Source of the DNA: an uncultured Actinomycetes bacterium | GTDB lineage: Bacteria; Actinomycetota; Thermoleophilia; UBA2241 | Length of the DNA stretch: 64,000 nt | Direction: 5' to 3' | Assembly (NCBI GenBank): GCA_963709345.1 | Contig: CAVPVX010000007.1 | Location: forward strand, 96,001-160,000 | In this document: positions 21,008-29,394 of the stretch, one piece after another | How the letters are laid out: each line of letters begins with the position of its first letter | Numbering within the stretch: position 1 is the first letter of the stretch | Made by a program: the position numbers and the translations under genes | Notes under the pieces: generated by a model | The model's input: the letters and a program-made list of their open reading frames with translations, nothing else | Told to the model about the DNA's origin: nothing | Database searches by the model: none

Positions 21008-21396
21008 GCGCCGCTCCCCGTGCCGCGCTTGACCAGCACCACGTTGAACCCGCCCGGCACATCCTCCACCGAGACGTCGTCCATGAGACGGCGCAGCAAG
21101 ACACACAGGTCGATGCAGCCACCGGGAGTGCTCCCGACCTGCACGCGGAGATCGTCGGTACGAAAGACGCCGGTGGCGAGACGCAGGACGCCGTCGCCGA
21201 CCTCCATGGCCACCGTGAGCCGCTCGGGGCGCTCCGCCTCAAGAACCGCCTGCAGCAGCCGGTCGGTCGCAAGGAGCAGGTCGTCGAGCTCCTCGAGCGA
21301 GAACTCGAGCCGGTCGCCGATGCCGCCGAGGACCATGCGCACGGTCGACAGAGCGCGCAGCTCGGCCGGCACCTCGAGGGTGATCGTCTCCGCCAT
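21004..21396 (-). CDS. RsbW/UsfX-like anti-sigma factor (degenerate HATPase fold)
   Basis: ITLEVPA...VRMVLGG...ELDDLLLA...LLRRLMDDV...VVLVK; coupled to the sigma gene. Confidence 0.75.
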   Translation of the reverse strand: MAETITLEVPAELRALSTVRMVLGGIGDRLEFSLEELDDLLLATDRLLQAVLEAERPERLTVAMEVGDGVLRLATGVFRTDDLRVQVGSTPGGCIDLCVLLRRLMDDVSVEDVPGGFNVVLVKRGTGSGA

Positions 21397-21404
21397 GGCC
21401 TGTC

Positions 21405-21665
21405 TCAAGCGTCGGGTGGAGCGCCCGCGGACTGCAGCTGCCGGCTGAACTCGGCCTCGCGATCGCGCGCCGCGCTCGCGCCCTCGGCGAAGGCGCGGGC
21501 GGCCCGCTCCCTGGTCTCGTCGATCAGCCGCGCGGCGTCGCCCGGCAGCCGGCGCATGATCTGCAGGTAGCCGTCGCCGGTACACGCGCGGCGGTCGCGC
21601 AAGTAGTACGTGAGCGCGAGGCCGGCAACGGCGCCGCCGGCGATCAGTCTGGTCGAGAATCCCAC
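21405..21665 (-). CDS. Small YtxH-like membrane-anchored protein
   Basis: Gly/Ala-rich TM segment then a charged helix; follows a DUF948 gene as in ytxG-ytxH. Confidence 0.5.
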   Translation of the reverse strand: MGFSTRLIAGGAVAGLALTYYLRDRRACTGDGYLQIMRRLPGDAARLIDETRERAARAFAEGASAARDREAEFSRQLQSAGAPPDA

Positions 21666-21668
21666 GTG

Positions 21669-22298
21669 TCAGCCCTTGGCTTTCTCGTCGCCGACGGGCC
21701 CGTCCTTGGCGGCGCCGGCGGCGTCTTCGGCGGCGTCTTCGGCGGCGTCTTCGGCGGCGTCTTCGGCGGCGTCCGCGGCGGAGCTCATCGTCTCCTCGGC
21801 CGCGCTCGCGGCCGCTTCCGAGGCACGCGCGGCGGCGCCCGCGTCGGCGGCGGCGTCCGCCGCATCCGCCCAGCTCGTGGCGGTATCGGCTCCGCGGCCG
21901 GCGCTCGCGCCCTTGTCACGGCGCATGAAGCTGGAGACGGCGCCCTGGAGCCCCGCGCTGAAGGCTGCGGCCTTGCGCGCCGGGGTGGTCACGGCGCCCT
22001 CGACGGCGTTGGCCATGGTGTCGATCTTGTCGGTGATGTCGGCGACGTCCTTGGTGATCTGGTCGACGTTGCCGAGGTTGGCGTTCACGCCGTCGAGAGT
22101 CGTGCCTGCCTTCTGCATCAGAGGTAGCGCCTCCTGATCGACGTCGGCGAGTACCTTGTCGACCCTCTCCAGAGTCTTGCCGGCCTTGACGAGGGCGTAC
22201 ACCGCGGCAACGGCCACGACGACGAAGAAGAACGCCGCCGCGTAGCTCAGAACGATCGTCGGGGTACTCATCGCGAGAGTCGCGAACGAGAAGTCCAT
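21669..22298 (-). CDS. DUF948 (YtxG/YoxC-like) membrane coiled-coil protein
   Basis: TM helix then KTLERVDKVLADVDQEALPL...VDQITKDV; RBS AAGGAG; acidic Ala-rich tail. Confidence 0.7.
   Translation of the reverse strand: MDFSFATLAMSTPTIVLSYAAAFFFVVVAVAAVYALVKAGKTLERVDKVLADVDQEALPLMQKAGTTLDGVNANLGNVDQITKDVADITDKIDTMANAVEGAVTTPARKAAAFSAGLQGAVSSFMRRDKGASAGRGADTATSWADAADAAADAGAAARASEAAASAAEETMSSAADAAEDAAEDAAEDAAEDAAGAAKDGPVGDEKAKG
21717..21773. repeat. 12-bp coding tandem repeat (~4.75 copies)
   Basis: (GGCGGCGTCTTC)n on the + strand, encoding (EDAA)n. Confidence 0.9.
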
Positions 22299-22387
22299 GC
22301 ACTTCTCCTTCCGTGCAGAACGAACTGCGTCAGTGTGAACGAAGCGTATCATACCGCGTGCGCTCGGCAGGCACGGGAACGACCGCG

Positions 22388-23455
22388 TCAGGCGCGGCCC
22401 GGCAGGCCGCCGGCGATGATGCCGCCGCCCACGATGAGGTCGTCGCGGTAGAACACCGCGGACTGGCCCGGGGCGAGACCTGAAAACTCCTCGGCGAGCG
22501 TCACCGCGAGTTCGCCGTCGGCGCGACGCTGCAAACGGGCGACCGGCACCGCCGGGGAACGATAGCGCAGCTGCACGGAGAGCCCGTCACCGTCGCCGAG
22601 ACCACGATCGACCACTTCCCGAACCCGCGCGGCGCGCACGGCGAGGCGGTCGCGGCCGCCGACGACCACCTCGTTCTCGGCGGCCCTCCGCTCGATCACG
22701 TAGAGCGCGTACTCGGCGCTCACGCCCAGACCGCGCCGCTGTCCGACGGTGTACCGCCATTGACCGCGGTGTCGCCCCAGAACGGCGCCCGCTTCGTCCA
22801 CGATGTCGCCGTCGCCCGGCTCGGTCCCCCGTGCGTCGAGAAACCGCTGGTATCCCTCGACGGCGAAGCAGACTTCCTGACTCTCCGGCTCACCGGCCGC
22901 TTCAAGGCCGGCCGCGGCGGCGAGCGCGCGCACCTCGGTCTTGTTCAGCTCTCCCAATGGGAACTCCAGTCGCGCCAGCACGTCCGGCGGCACCGCCCAG
23001 AGCATGTACGACTGGTCCTTGTGACGGTCGGCGGCGCGAGCCACGAAGGGCTCGCCCGCGTGCCACACGAGCCTCGCGTAGTGCCCTGTGACGAGCCGCG
23101 CGAGCCCCAGCTCGCCGGCAAGCCCGGCGAGCGCCGCCAGGCGCAGCGGGTTGCACGCAGCGCACGGGTTCGGTGTCTCGCCTCCCAGGTATCCGCGCTC
23201 GAAGGAGCCCACCACGGCGTCCTCGAAAGCAGCCTCGAGGTCGAGCACGTGGTGCCGCAGACCGAGAGACGCCGCCGTCCGCGCCGCCCGTTGAAGGGAA
23301 CCCGGCGAACAGCAGCTCCGCCGGTCCGAGCCGGGCCACAGGCGCGCCGTCGCGGTCTCGACGCCGCACCCGTCGCCGCTCAGCAGGAGCGCAGCGACGG
23401 CGCTGTCGACCCCACCGCTCAGCGCGACGAGGGCGCCTGCGCTTTTGGGGACGAT
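22388..23455 (-). CDS. mnmA: tRNA 2-thiouridine synthase MnmA (no canonical start; overlaps iscU in the -1 frame)
   Basis: ALSGGVDS, SCC, TPNPCAACN, TGHYA, KDQSY, ESQEVCF, YTVGQRRGL, PGQSAVFY. Confidence 0.92.
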   Translation of the reverse strand: MVPKSAGALVALSGGVDSAVAALLLSGDGCGVETATARLWPGSDRRSCCSPGSLQRAARTAASLGLRHHVLDLEAAFEDAVVGSFERGYLGGETPNPCAACNPLRLAALAGLAGELGLARLVTGHYARLVWHAGEPFVARAADRHKDQSYMLWAVPPDVLARLEFPLGELNKTEVRALAAAAGLEAAGEPESQEVCFAVEGYQRFLDARGTEPGDGDIVDEAGAVLGRHRGQWRYTVGQRRGLGVSAEYALYVIERRAAENEVVVGGRDRLAVRAARVREVVDRGLGDGDGLSVQLRYRSPAVPVARLQRRADGELAVTLAEEFSGLAPGQSAVFYRDDLIVGGGIIAGGLPGRA

Positions 23456-23853
23456 GAGAGGACCTCCACGACCTCGGCCTCGCGACCGGCATTCAACAGG
23501 TAGTCCCGGATCGCCAGGTGGAGCGCATCGGCGGCCAGGTTGGAGCAGTGCAGCTTCTGCGGCGGCAGGCCGCCCAGCGCCTCGGCCACGTCGGTGTTGG
23601 AGATGGCCGCCGCCTCCTTGAGCGTCCTGCCCTTCACCATGACGGTGACCATACTCGACGTCGCCACCGCGGCGCCGCAGCCGAACGTCTTGAACCGCGC
23701 GTCGGTGATGCGGTCGTGAGCGTCGACGGCGATGCTGATCCGAAGGACGTCGCCGCAGGTCCCGTCTCCGATCTCGCCGACCCCGCCGGCGCCTTCGATG
23801 TCACCGACGTTACGCGGCTCGATGAAGTGATCCATGACGGAGTCGGAGTACAT
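23419..23853 (-). CDS. iscU: Fe-S scaffold IscU/NifU-N
   Basis: YSDSVMDHF..PRNVG, CGD, FKTFGCGAA, LPPQKLHCS. Confidence 0.93.
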   Translation of the reverse strand: MYSDSVMDHFIEPRNVGDIEGAGGVGEIGDGTCGDVLRISIAVDAHDRITDARFKTFGCGAAVATSSMVTVMVKGRTLKEAAAISNTDVAEALGGLPPQKLHCSNLAADALHLAIRDYLLNAGREAEVVEVLSSSPKAQAPSSR

Positions 23854-23856
23854 CGG

Positions 23857-25014
23857 TCATCCCTTCGTGTAGAGCGGGCTCATGCGCCGCAGCTTCTCGA
23901 CGATCGGCGGGAACGCCTGGAGGAACGCCTCGACCTCGGCGGTCGTGTTCCCCCGGCCGAGGCTGAGCCGCAGGCTCCCGTGCGCTTCCTTGACGGGCAC
24001 GCCCAGAGCGAGCACCACGGGCGACGGCTCCTCCGAGCCGGTCGCGCAGGCCGAGCCGCTCGAGACCATGAATCCCTGAGCGTCCAGGTGCAGGAGCATG
24101 GATTCGCCCTCGACGTAGCGCACCGTGATGGCCACGTTCCCCGGGAGCCGCCGGGTGGGGTGCCCCAACAGCGTGACGTCCGGAACGCTCTCGTGCAGCC
24201 GCCGGACGATCTCGTCACGCAGCGCCTCGACACGCGGGCGCGCCTCCGGCATCGCCTCCGTGGCGAGCGTCATCGCCTCACCGAGCCCGACGACACCGGG
24301 CACGTTCTCGGTGCCCGAGCGCAGCCGGCGCTCCTGCCCGCCGCCGTGGACGATCGGCGTGAGCCGCGTCCCCCGCTTGACGTAGAGCGCCCCGACGCCC
24401 TTGGGGCCGTACAGCTTGTGCCCGGACAGACTCAGGAGGTCGACTCCGAGGTCACACACGTCCACGGGAAGCGCGCCGACAGCCTGGACGGCGTCGGTGT
24501 GGAAGACGGCGCCCCGGGCGTGCGCGATGCGCGCCAGCTCCGCGACCGGCTGGATCGTCCCTACCACGTTGTTCGCGAGCATGATGGAGACGAGCCGCGT
24601 CTCGCTGCGAAAGGCCTGCTCGTAGGCGTCACGATCGACCACTCCCCAAGCGTCTACCGGCACGCGGTCCACGGCCCAGCCGGCGCGCTCGAGAGCCCGC
24701 GCCGGCTCCATGACGGCAGGGTGCTCGACGGCGCTCACGATCAGGTGACCGGGAGGAGACCCCCGCAGGTAGCCGAGCAGCGCGAGGTTGTCGGCCTCGG
24801 TGCCGCCGCTGGTGAAGACGATCTCCTTCTCGCCGGCGCCGAGCGCGGCGGCCACGCGGGCGCGAGCCTCGTCGACGGCCGCGCGCGCGACGCGGCCCAG
24901 GCGGTGCAGCTCCGATGGGTTACCGTACCCCTCGCTGAAGAAAGGCAGCATCGCCTCGAGGACACGGGGGTGCACCGGCGTGGTCGCCGCATGATCGAAG
25001 TACACGCTCGTCAT
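23857..25014 (-). CDS. iscS: Cysteine desulfurase
   Basis: YFDHAATTP, GNPS, TSGGTE, HTDAVQ, SGHKLYGPKG, SSGSAC. Confidence 0.95.
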   Translation of the reverse strand: MTSVYFDHAATTPVHPRVLEAMLPFFSEGYGNPSELHRLGRVARAAVDEARARVAAALGAGEKEIVFTSGGTEADNLALLGYLRGSPPGHLIVSAVEHPAVMEPARALERAGWAVDRVPVDAWGVVDRDAYEQAFRSETRLVSIMLANNVVGTIQPVAELARIAHARGAVFHTDAVQAVGALPVDVCDLGVDLLSLSGHKLYGPKGVGALYVKRGTRLTPIVHGGGQERRLRSGTENVPGVVGLGEAMTLATEAMPEARPRVEALRDEIVRRLHESVPDVTLLGHPTRRLPGNVAITVRYVEGESMLLHLDAQGFMVSSGSACATGSEEPSPVVLALGVPVKEAHGSLRLSLGRGNTTAEVEAFLQAFPPIVEKLRRMSPLYTKG

Positions 25015-25424
25015 CGAGACACCGTCTCCCTCGTCAGATCGTCCAGAGTGATGCTGTTCAGAGCTCCGCTGATCGCACTGTCGAGCTTGCGCCACGCCAC
25101 CCGCGACGCACACGACCCGGCGCGCTCGCAGGCGGCCCCGTCGGGAACGCACTCCACCAGGGCCAGCGGACCATCCAGAGTGGTCACCACATCTCCCACG
25201 GCGATCCCGGCGGCGTCCGCGGCGAGCCGATATCCGCCGGCCGCGCCGCGCGTCGCCTTGACCAGACCACCCTCCCGCAGCCTCCCGAGGATCCGCTCGA
25301 GAAAGGCGGCGGGAATGCCCTCCTCCGCGGCGATCTCCGACAGGGGGACGGGCCGCGCGTCGCCTTCGCGGGCCAGATAGACCATGGCCCTCAGGCCGTA
25401 CTCACAGCGTGAAGTGATGCGCAC
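25011..25424 (-). CDS. iscR: Rrf2-family regulator (IscR-like)
   Basis: EYGLRAM, FLERIL, RGAAGGY, three Cys (EC...C.....C). Confidence 0.85.
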   Translation of the reverse strand: MRITSRCEYGLRAMVYLAREGDARPVPLSEIAAEEGIPAAFLERILGRLREGGLVKATRGAAGGYRLAADAAGIAVGDVVTTLDGPLALVECVPDGAACERAGSCASRVAWRKLDSAISGALNSITLDDLTRETVSR

Positions 25425-25450
25425 GAGGCTCCAGATGCCGGACGGGAAGA

Positions 25451-25473
25451 ATCCCAACCGAAATGGTTGGCAT
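25451..25473. promoter_or_regulatory. Putative IscR/Rrf2 operator overlapping the isc promoter
   Basis: Near-palindrome ATCCCAACCG-AAA-TGGTTGGCAT next to minus-strand TTGACG...CATAAT. Confidence 0.65.
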
Positions 25474-25506
25474 TATGCTACCACGCCCGTCCCCCCGTCA
25501 AACGGA

Positions 25507-25529
25507 AGCGGCGCCCCGAGGGCGCCGCT
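25507..25529 (-). terminator. Stem-loop terminator
   Basis: AGCGGCGCCC-loop-GGGCGCCGCT followed by TCCGTTT on the minus strand. Confidence 0.55.
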
Positions 25530-25559
25530 CATACGATCCTCGGGATGCGCGCCCTGAGC

Positions 25560-26096
25560 TCAGAGGCCGCGCACGGCGTCGGCGATCTCCTGCTCCATCA
25601 CTTCGAAGCCGATCCAGCCGGTGTAGAGCTGGGCCACCTGGCCGTCGCCGCGGATGATCGCGAGGATCGGCGGGTCGCTGACGCGCAACTGCATCAGGGT
25701 GTCGCCCAACTGCTTGGACTCGCGCGCCTCGAAGGCGAGGAACGTGCTGTCGGCCGCGTAGTTCGCCTTGACGTCGTTGAAGTACGAGAGCATCTCCATG
25801 TCGTCGGTAGCGCCGCTGACGTAGACGAGGAGGACGATGCCGCGCTTCTCTTCGAGCCGCTTCGTGATGAAGCTCGGGGTCTCGGCCGTGGGCTCGATCG
25901 TCAGAGGGGCGTAGCCCGTCATACCGTAGCTGCTGACGGTGTTGTACGAATCGGGCGCTTCGAGCGCCGCGGGAGCGGTCGCCTCAGCCGCCGCCAAAAC
26001 GCGTACGGCGACGACCCCGCCGAACAGGAGCGCCCCCACCACGAGGATCAGCGCCGCGGTGAGCAGGAACGTCCGGTTCCGTTTGAAGATCCCCAT
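25560..26096 (-). CDS. Membrane-anchored/exported protein with probable Cys-less thioredoxin-like fold
   Basis: N-terminal TM/signal; IVLLVY...LRVSDPPILAIIRGDGQV..LYTGWIG pattern; RBS AGGAGG. Confidence 0.6.
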   Translation of the reverse strand: MGIFKRNRTFLLTAALILVVGALLFGGVVAVRVLAAAEATAPAALEAPDSYNTVSSYGMTGYAPLTIEPTAETPSFITKRLEEKRGIVLLVYVSGATDDMEMLSYFNDVKANYAADSTFLAFEARESKQLGDTLMQLRVSDPPILAIIRGDGQVAQLYTGWIGFEVMEQEIADAVRGL

Positions 26097-26117
26097 GCCG
26101 GCCTCCTGAAGAGAAGC

Positions 26118-26264
26118 GCTCCACCTTGCCGTGCTCGCATTATTCTCGAACCTGCTATCGCAGGTGGGTGCTCTCCCGGCGCATCCACGGATGGTCCGAA
26201 GAACGAGCTCCCGATGTGTTCGTGTTGGCTCGAGAATGCCGCGAGGTCACAAACAAGGTCGAGC
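26118..26264 (-). ncRNA. ssrS: 6S RNA
   Basis: Rod-like fold: GCTCGACCTTG/CAAGGTGGAGC, CTCGC/GCGAG, ATTCTCGA/TCGAGAAT. GGGAGC...GCACCCACCTGC..GCAGGTTC...GCACGGCA resembles B. subtilis 6S-1. Directly downstream of aspS; extended -10 TGcTAGGAT at 26271-26279. Confidence 0.8.
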
Positions 26265-26301
26265 CACGGCATCCTAGCAAACGTCAACTGATTCAACAAA
26301 C

Positions 26302-26328
26302 TAGTCGGCAGCCCTGCAAAAAGCTTGA
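26302..26328 (-). promoter_or_regulatory. Sigma28/WhiG-type promoter upstream of 6S RNA and the thioredoxin-like gene
   Basis: TCAA-N15-GCCGACTA. Confidence 0.6.
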
Positions 26329-26365
26329 GTGCTGCGCCTGAAGCGGTACCGCGCGCGGTGCGGGG

Positions 26366-28129
26366 TTACCCGAGGCGGACGCGCAACTCCTTGAGCTGAC
26401 CGGCGGTGACCGCCCCCGGCGCGGCCGTCATAGGGTCGCCGCCCGAGGACGTCTTGGGGAAGGCAATGACGTCGCGGATCGAGTCGGCGCCGGCGAGCAG
26501 CATGATGATGCGATCGAAGCCCAGGCCGATGCCCCCGTGCGGCGGCGCGCCGTAGTCCAGCGCCTCGAGGAACCAGCCGAAGGCCTCGTCGATACGCGCG
26601 TCGTCCATACCCAGAGCGCGCAGGATGGCGCGCTGGACGACGGCGTCGTGGTTGCGCAGGGAACCGGAGCCCAGCTCGACGCCGTTCAGCACCAGGTCGT
26701 ACTGCGCGCCGCGCACGGCGAGCGGGTCGCTCTCGAGGAGCGGCATCGTCGCCTCGGTCGGCAGGCTGAACGGGTTGTGGCCGTACGTGAGCGCACCCGT
26801 CTCCTTGTCGATCTCGAACAGCGGGAATTCCTCTACCCAGAGGAGCGCCCAGCGGTCGGAGGGCCTGGGCGCGAGGAGCCCGATGAGGGCGAGGCGCAGG
26901 GCGCCGAGCACCTCGGCGGCGACGGGCGACTCGTCGGCGGCGAAGACGATGAGGTCGCCGGGCTCGCCGCCGCAGCGCTCGACGAGCGCGGCCTGCTCGG
27001 CCTCCGCGAGGAACTTGACGATGGGGCCGCGCAGCGCGCGGCCTTCCTCGACGTACACGTAGGCCATGCCCTTGGCGCCGTGCTCTTTGGCGTGCTCGGT
27101 GAGTCTGTCGATCTGCGCCCGGCTGAGCGAACCGCCGCCGGGCGCCCGGATCGCGCGCACGACGCCGCCCGCTTCGACGGCGCCGCGGAAGACCTTGAAC
27201 GCGCTCGCCGCGAACGTCTCACTGAGCTCGACGATCTCGAAGCCGTAGCGCAGGTCGGGTTTGTCGCTGCCGTAGCGCAGCATCGCCTCGTCGTACGTGA
27301 GGCGCGGGAGCGGAGTGGCGGGCGGGGTCTCCCCCGCGCCCTCGAAGATCGCGGTCATGAGGCCCTCGAGCAACTCGCGGATCTCGGGCACGGTGAGGAA
27401 CGACATCTCGAGGTCGATCTGCGTGTGCTCGGGCTGGCGATCGGCGCGCAGGTCCTCGTCGCGGAAGCAGCGCGCGAACTGGTAGTAGCGGTCGACACCT
27501 CCCACCATGAGGATCTGCTTGAACATCTGTGGGGACTGCGGGAGCGCGTAGAAGCGGTGCGGCTGCAGGCGCGAGGGCACGAGGAAGTCACGAGCGCCCT
27601 CGGGCGAGGACTTCGTCAGGTCGGGCGTCTCGACCTCGAGGAAGCGGTTCGCGTTGAGGAACGCCCGCGCCGCCTGCGTCGCGGCATGCCGCAATTCGAG
27701 GTTGGCCAGCATCGGGGCGCGGCGCAGATCGAGATAGCGATACTTGAGACGGAGGGTCTCGTCGACGTCGACCTGCTCGGCGCTCTCGATCTCGAAGGGC
27801 GGTGTCTTGGCGCGGCCCAGGATCTCGAGAGCATCAACCTGCACCTCCACGTCGCCGCTCGGCAGGTTCGGGTTCACCGTCTCCGTGGAGCGGGCGACGA
27901 CCACGCCGCGGATGCCGAGCACGTATTCAGGACGCACCTGTTCGGCAAGCGCGTGCTCGGCGGCGGCGTGCGACGGGTCGACCACCAGTTGCACGAGGCC
28001 ACTGCGGTCGCGCAGGTCGATGAAGATGAGGCCGCCGTGGTCGCGCCGGCGAGCGACCCAGCCGGCCAGGCTCACGGCGCGGCCGACGTCACCGGCGCGC
28101 AGCTCTCCGGGATACGCATCGCGCAGCAT
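26366..28129 (-). CDS. aspS: Aspartate--tRNA ligase
   Basis: RRDHGGLIFIDLRD, RLKYRYLDLRR, EGARDFLVPSR, ALPQSPQ, FRDEDLRADRQPE, GAPPHGG. Confidence 0.97.
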   Translation of the reverse strand: MLRDAYPGELRAGDVGRAVSLAGWVARRRDHGGLIFIDLRDRSGLVQLVVDPSHAAAEHALAEQVRPEYVLGIRGVVVARSTETVNPNLPSGDVEVQVDALEILGRAKTPPFEIESAEQVDVDETLRLKYRYLDLRRAPMLANLELRHAATQAARAFLNANRFLEVETPDLTKSSPEGARDFLVPSRLQPHRFYALPQSPQMFKQILMVGGVDRYYQFARCFRDEDLRADRQPEHTQIDLEMSFLTVPEIRELLEGLMTAIFEGAGETPPATPLPRLTYDEAMLRYGSDKPDLRYGFEIVELSETFAASAFKVFRGAVEAGGVVRAIRAPGGGSLSRAQIDRLTEHAKEHGAKGMAYVYVEEGRALRGPIVKFLAEAEQAALVERCGGEPGDLIVFAADESPVAAEVLGALRLALIGLLAPRPSDRWALLWVEEFPLFEIDKETGALTYGHNPFSLPTEATMPLLESDPLAVRGAQYDLVLNGVELGSGSLRNHDAVVQRAILRALGMDDARIDEAFGWFLEALDYGAPPHGGIGLGFDRIIMLLAGADSIRDVIAFPKTSSGGDPMTAAPGAVTAGQLKELRVRLG

Positions 28130-29394
28130 CAGGTCTCCTTCTCGAGCCGTGTGGCGACCAGTGACGGCAACTCGGCGGCGGCGACGTCCTCTTCCCCGCC
28201 GCCCTTCATCCCGCGCAGACGCACGGCTCCCTCGTCGAGCTCCTCGAGGCCGACGAGCGCGGCGAACGAGGCGCCGGCGCGTCCGGCCTGCTTGAGCTGG
28301 CCCTTGGGGCTGCGCCCGGCCAGGTCGAGGTCGGCGGCGAGGCCGGCGGCGCGCAGGCTCTGCGCCAGCGCGAACGCCGCCGGTCGCGCCTCGTCGGCGA
28401 AGCAGACGACGTAGACGTCGGGCGTGCCGCCGACGGCGAGAGGCTCGCGCATCGCCAGGGCGATGCGCTCGAGGCCGCTGCCCCAACCCACGCCCGCCGT
28501 CGGAGACCCGCCGATCTGCTCGACGAGCCCGTCGTAGCGTCCGCCGCCGCCGACGCCGCTCTGCGCGCCGAGCCGGTCGGAGTTGAACTCGAAGGTGGTG
28601 CGCGTGTAGTAGTCGAGGCCGCGCACCAGACGGAAGTCGAGCTGCGGCTCCAGCCCGGCGCCGCGGACGAGAGCCAGCACGGCGTCGAAGTGATCGCGGC
28701 AGTCCGCGCACAGGTGGTCGCCGATGCGCGGAGCCTCGTCGAGCACCGCGCGGCAGCTCTCGACCTTGCAGTCGAACGTGCGCAGCGGGTTGAGGTCGAG
28801 CCGCTCGACGCAGTCGCCGCAGAGCTCGCCCTTGCGCTCGCGCAGGGAGTCACGCAGCTTGGCGACGTATGCCGGCCTGCAGGCCGCATCGCCCATGCTG
28901 TTCATAGTGAGGGTGGCGCCCTCCACGCCGAGCTCGGAGAAGATGGCCGCCAGCAGCGTGATGACCTCGGCGTCCACGGCGGGCTCGGCTGAACCGATCG
29001 CCTCGGCGCCGAACTGGTAGTGCTCGCGGTAGCGGCCGGCCTGGGGCTTCTCGTAGCGGAACATCGGGCAGTAGTACCAGAGCTTCACCGGCTGGGGCAG
29101 CTTGTGCATGCCGTGCTCGACGTAGGCGCGGCAGATCGGGGCCGTTCCCTCGGGGCGCAGCGTGAGCGAGCGGTCGCCCTTGTCGGTGAAGGTGTACATC
29201 TCCTTGCGCACGATGTCCGTGGCCGCGCCGACGCCGCGCTCGAACAGCCCCGTCTCCTCGAACTCGGGTGTGACCACGTGCCGGTACCCGTAAGCGGCGA
29301 AGACCCGCGCAGCCGCCGCGACTACGGCGTCACGCTGCTCGGCGTCGTCCGGAAGCAGGTCGTAGGTGCCCTTGGGGGCGCGCGGAGAGCTCAC
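28129..29394 (-). CDS. hisS: Histidine--tRNA ligase
   Basis: PKGTYD, KEMYTF, LRPEGTA, LVRGLDYY, GGGRYDGL. Confidence 0.97.
   Translation of the reverse strand: MSSPRAPKGTYDLLPDDAEQRDAVVAAAARVFAAYGYRHVVTPEFEETGLFERGVGAATDIVRKEMYTFTDKGDRSLTLRPEGTAPICRAYVEHGMHKLPQPVKLWYYCPMFRYEKPQAGRYREHYQFGAEAIGSAEPAVDAEVITLLAAIFSELGVEGATLTMNSMGDAACRPAYVAKLRDSLRERKGELCGDCVERLDLNPLRTFDCKVESCRAVLDEAPRIGDHLCADCRDHFDAVLALVRGAGLEPQLDFRLVRGLDYYTRTTFEFNSDRLGAQSGVGGGGRYDGLVEQIGGSPTAGVGWGSGLERIALAMREPLAVGGTPDVYVVCFADEARPAAFALAQSLRAAGLAADLDLAGRSPKGQLKQAGRAGASFAALVGLEELDEGAVRLRGMKGGGEEDVAAAELPSLVATRLEKET

Noticed and set aside
21717-21773. CRISPR-like repeat
   Set aside because: Contiguous 12-bp coding repeat without spacers; no cas genes.
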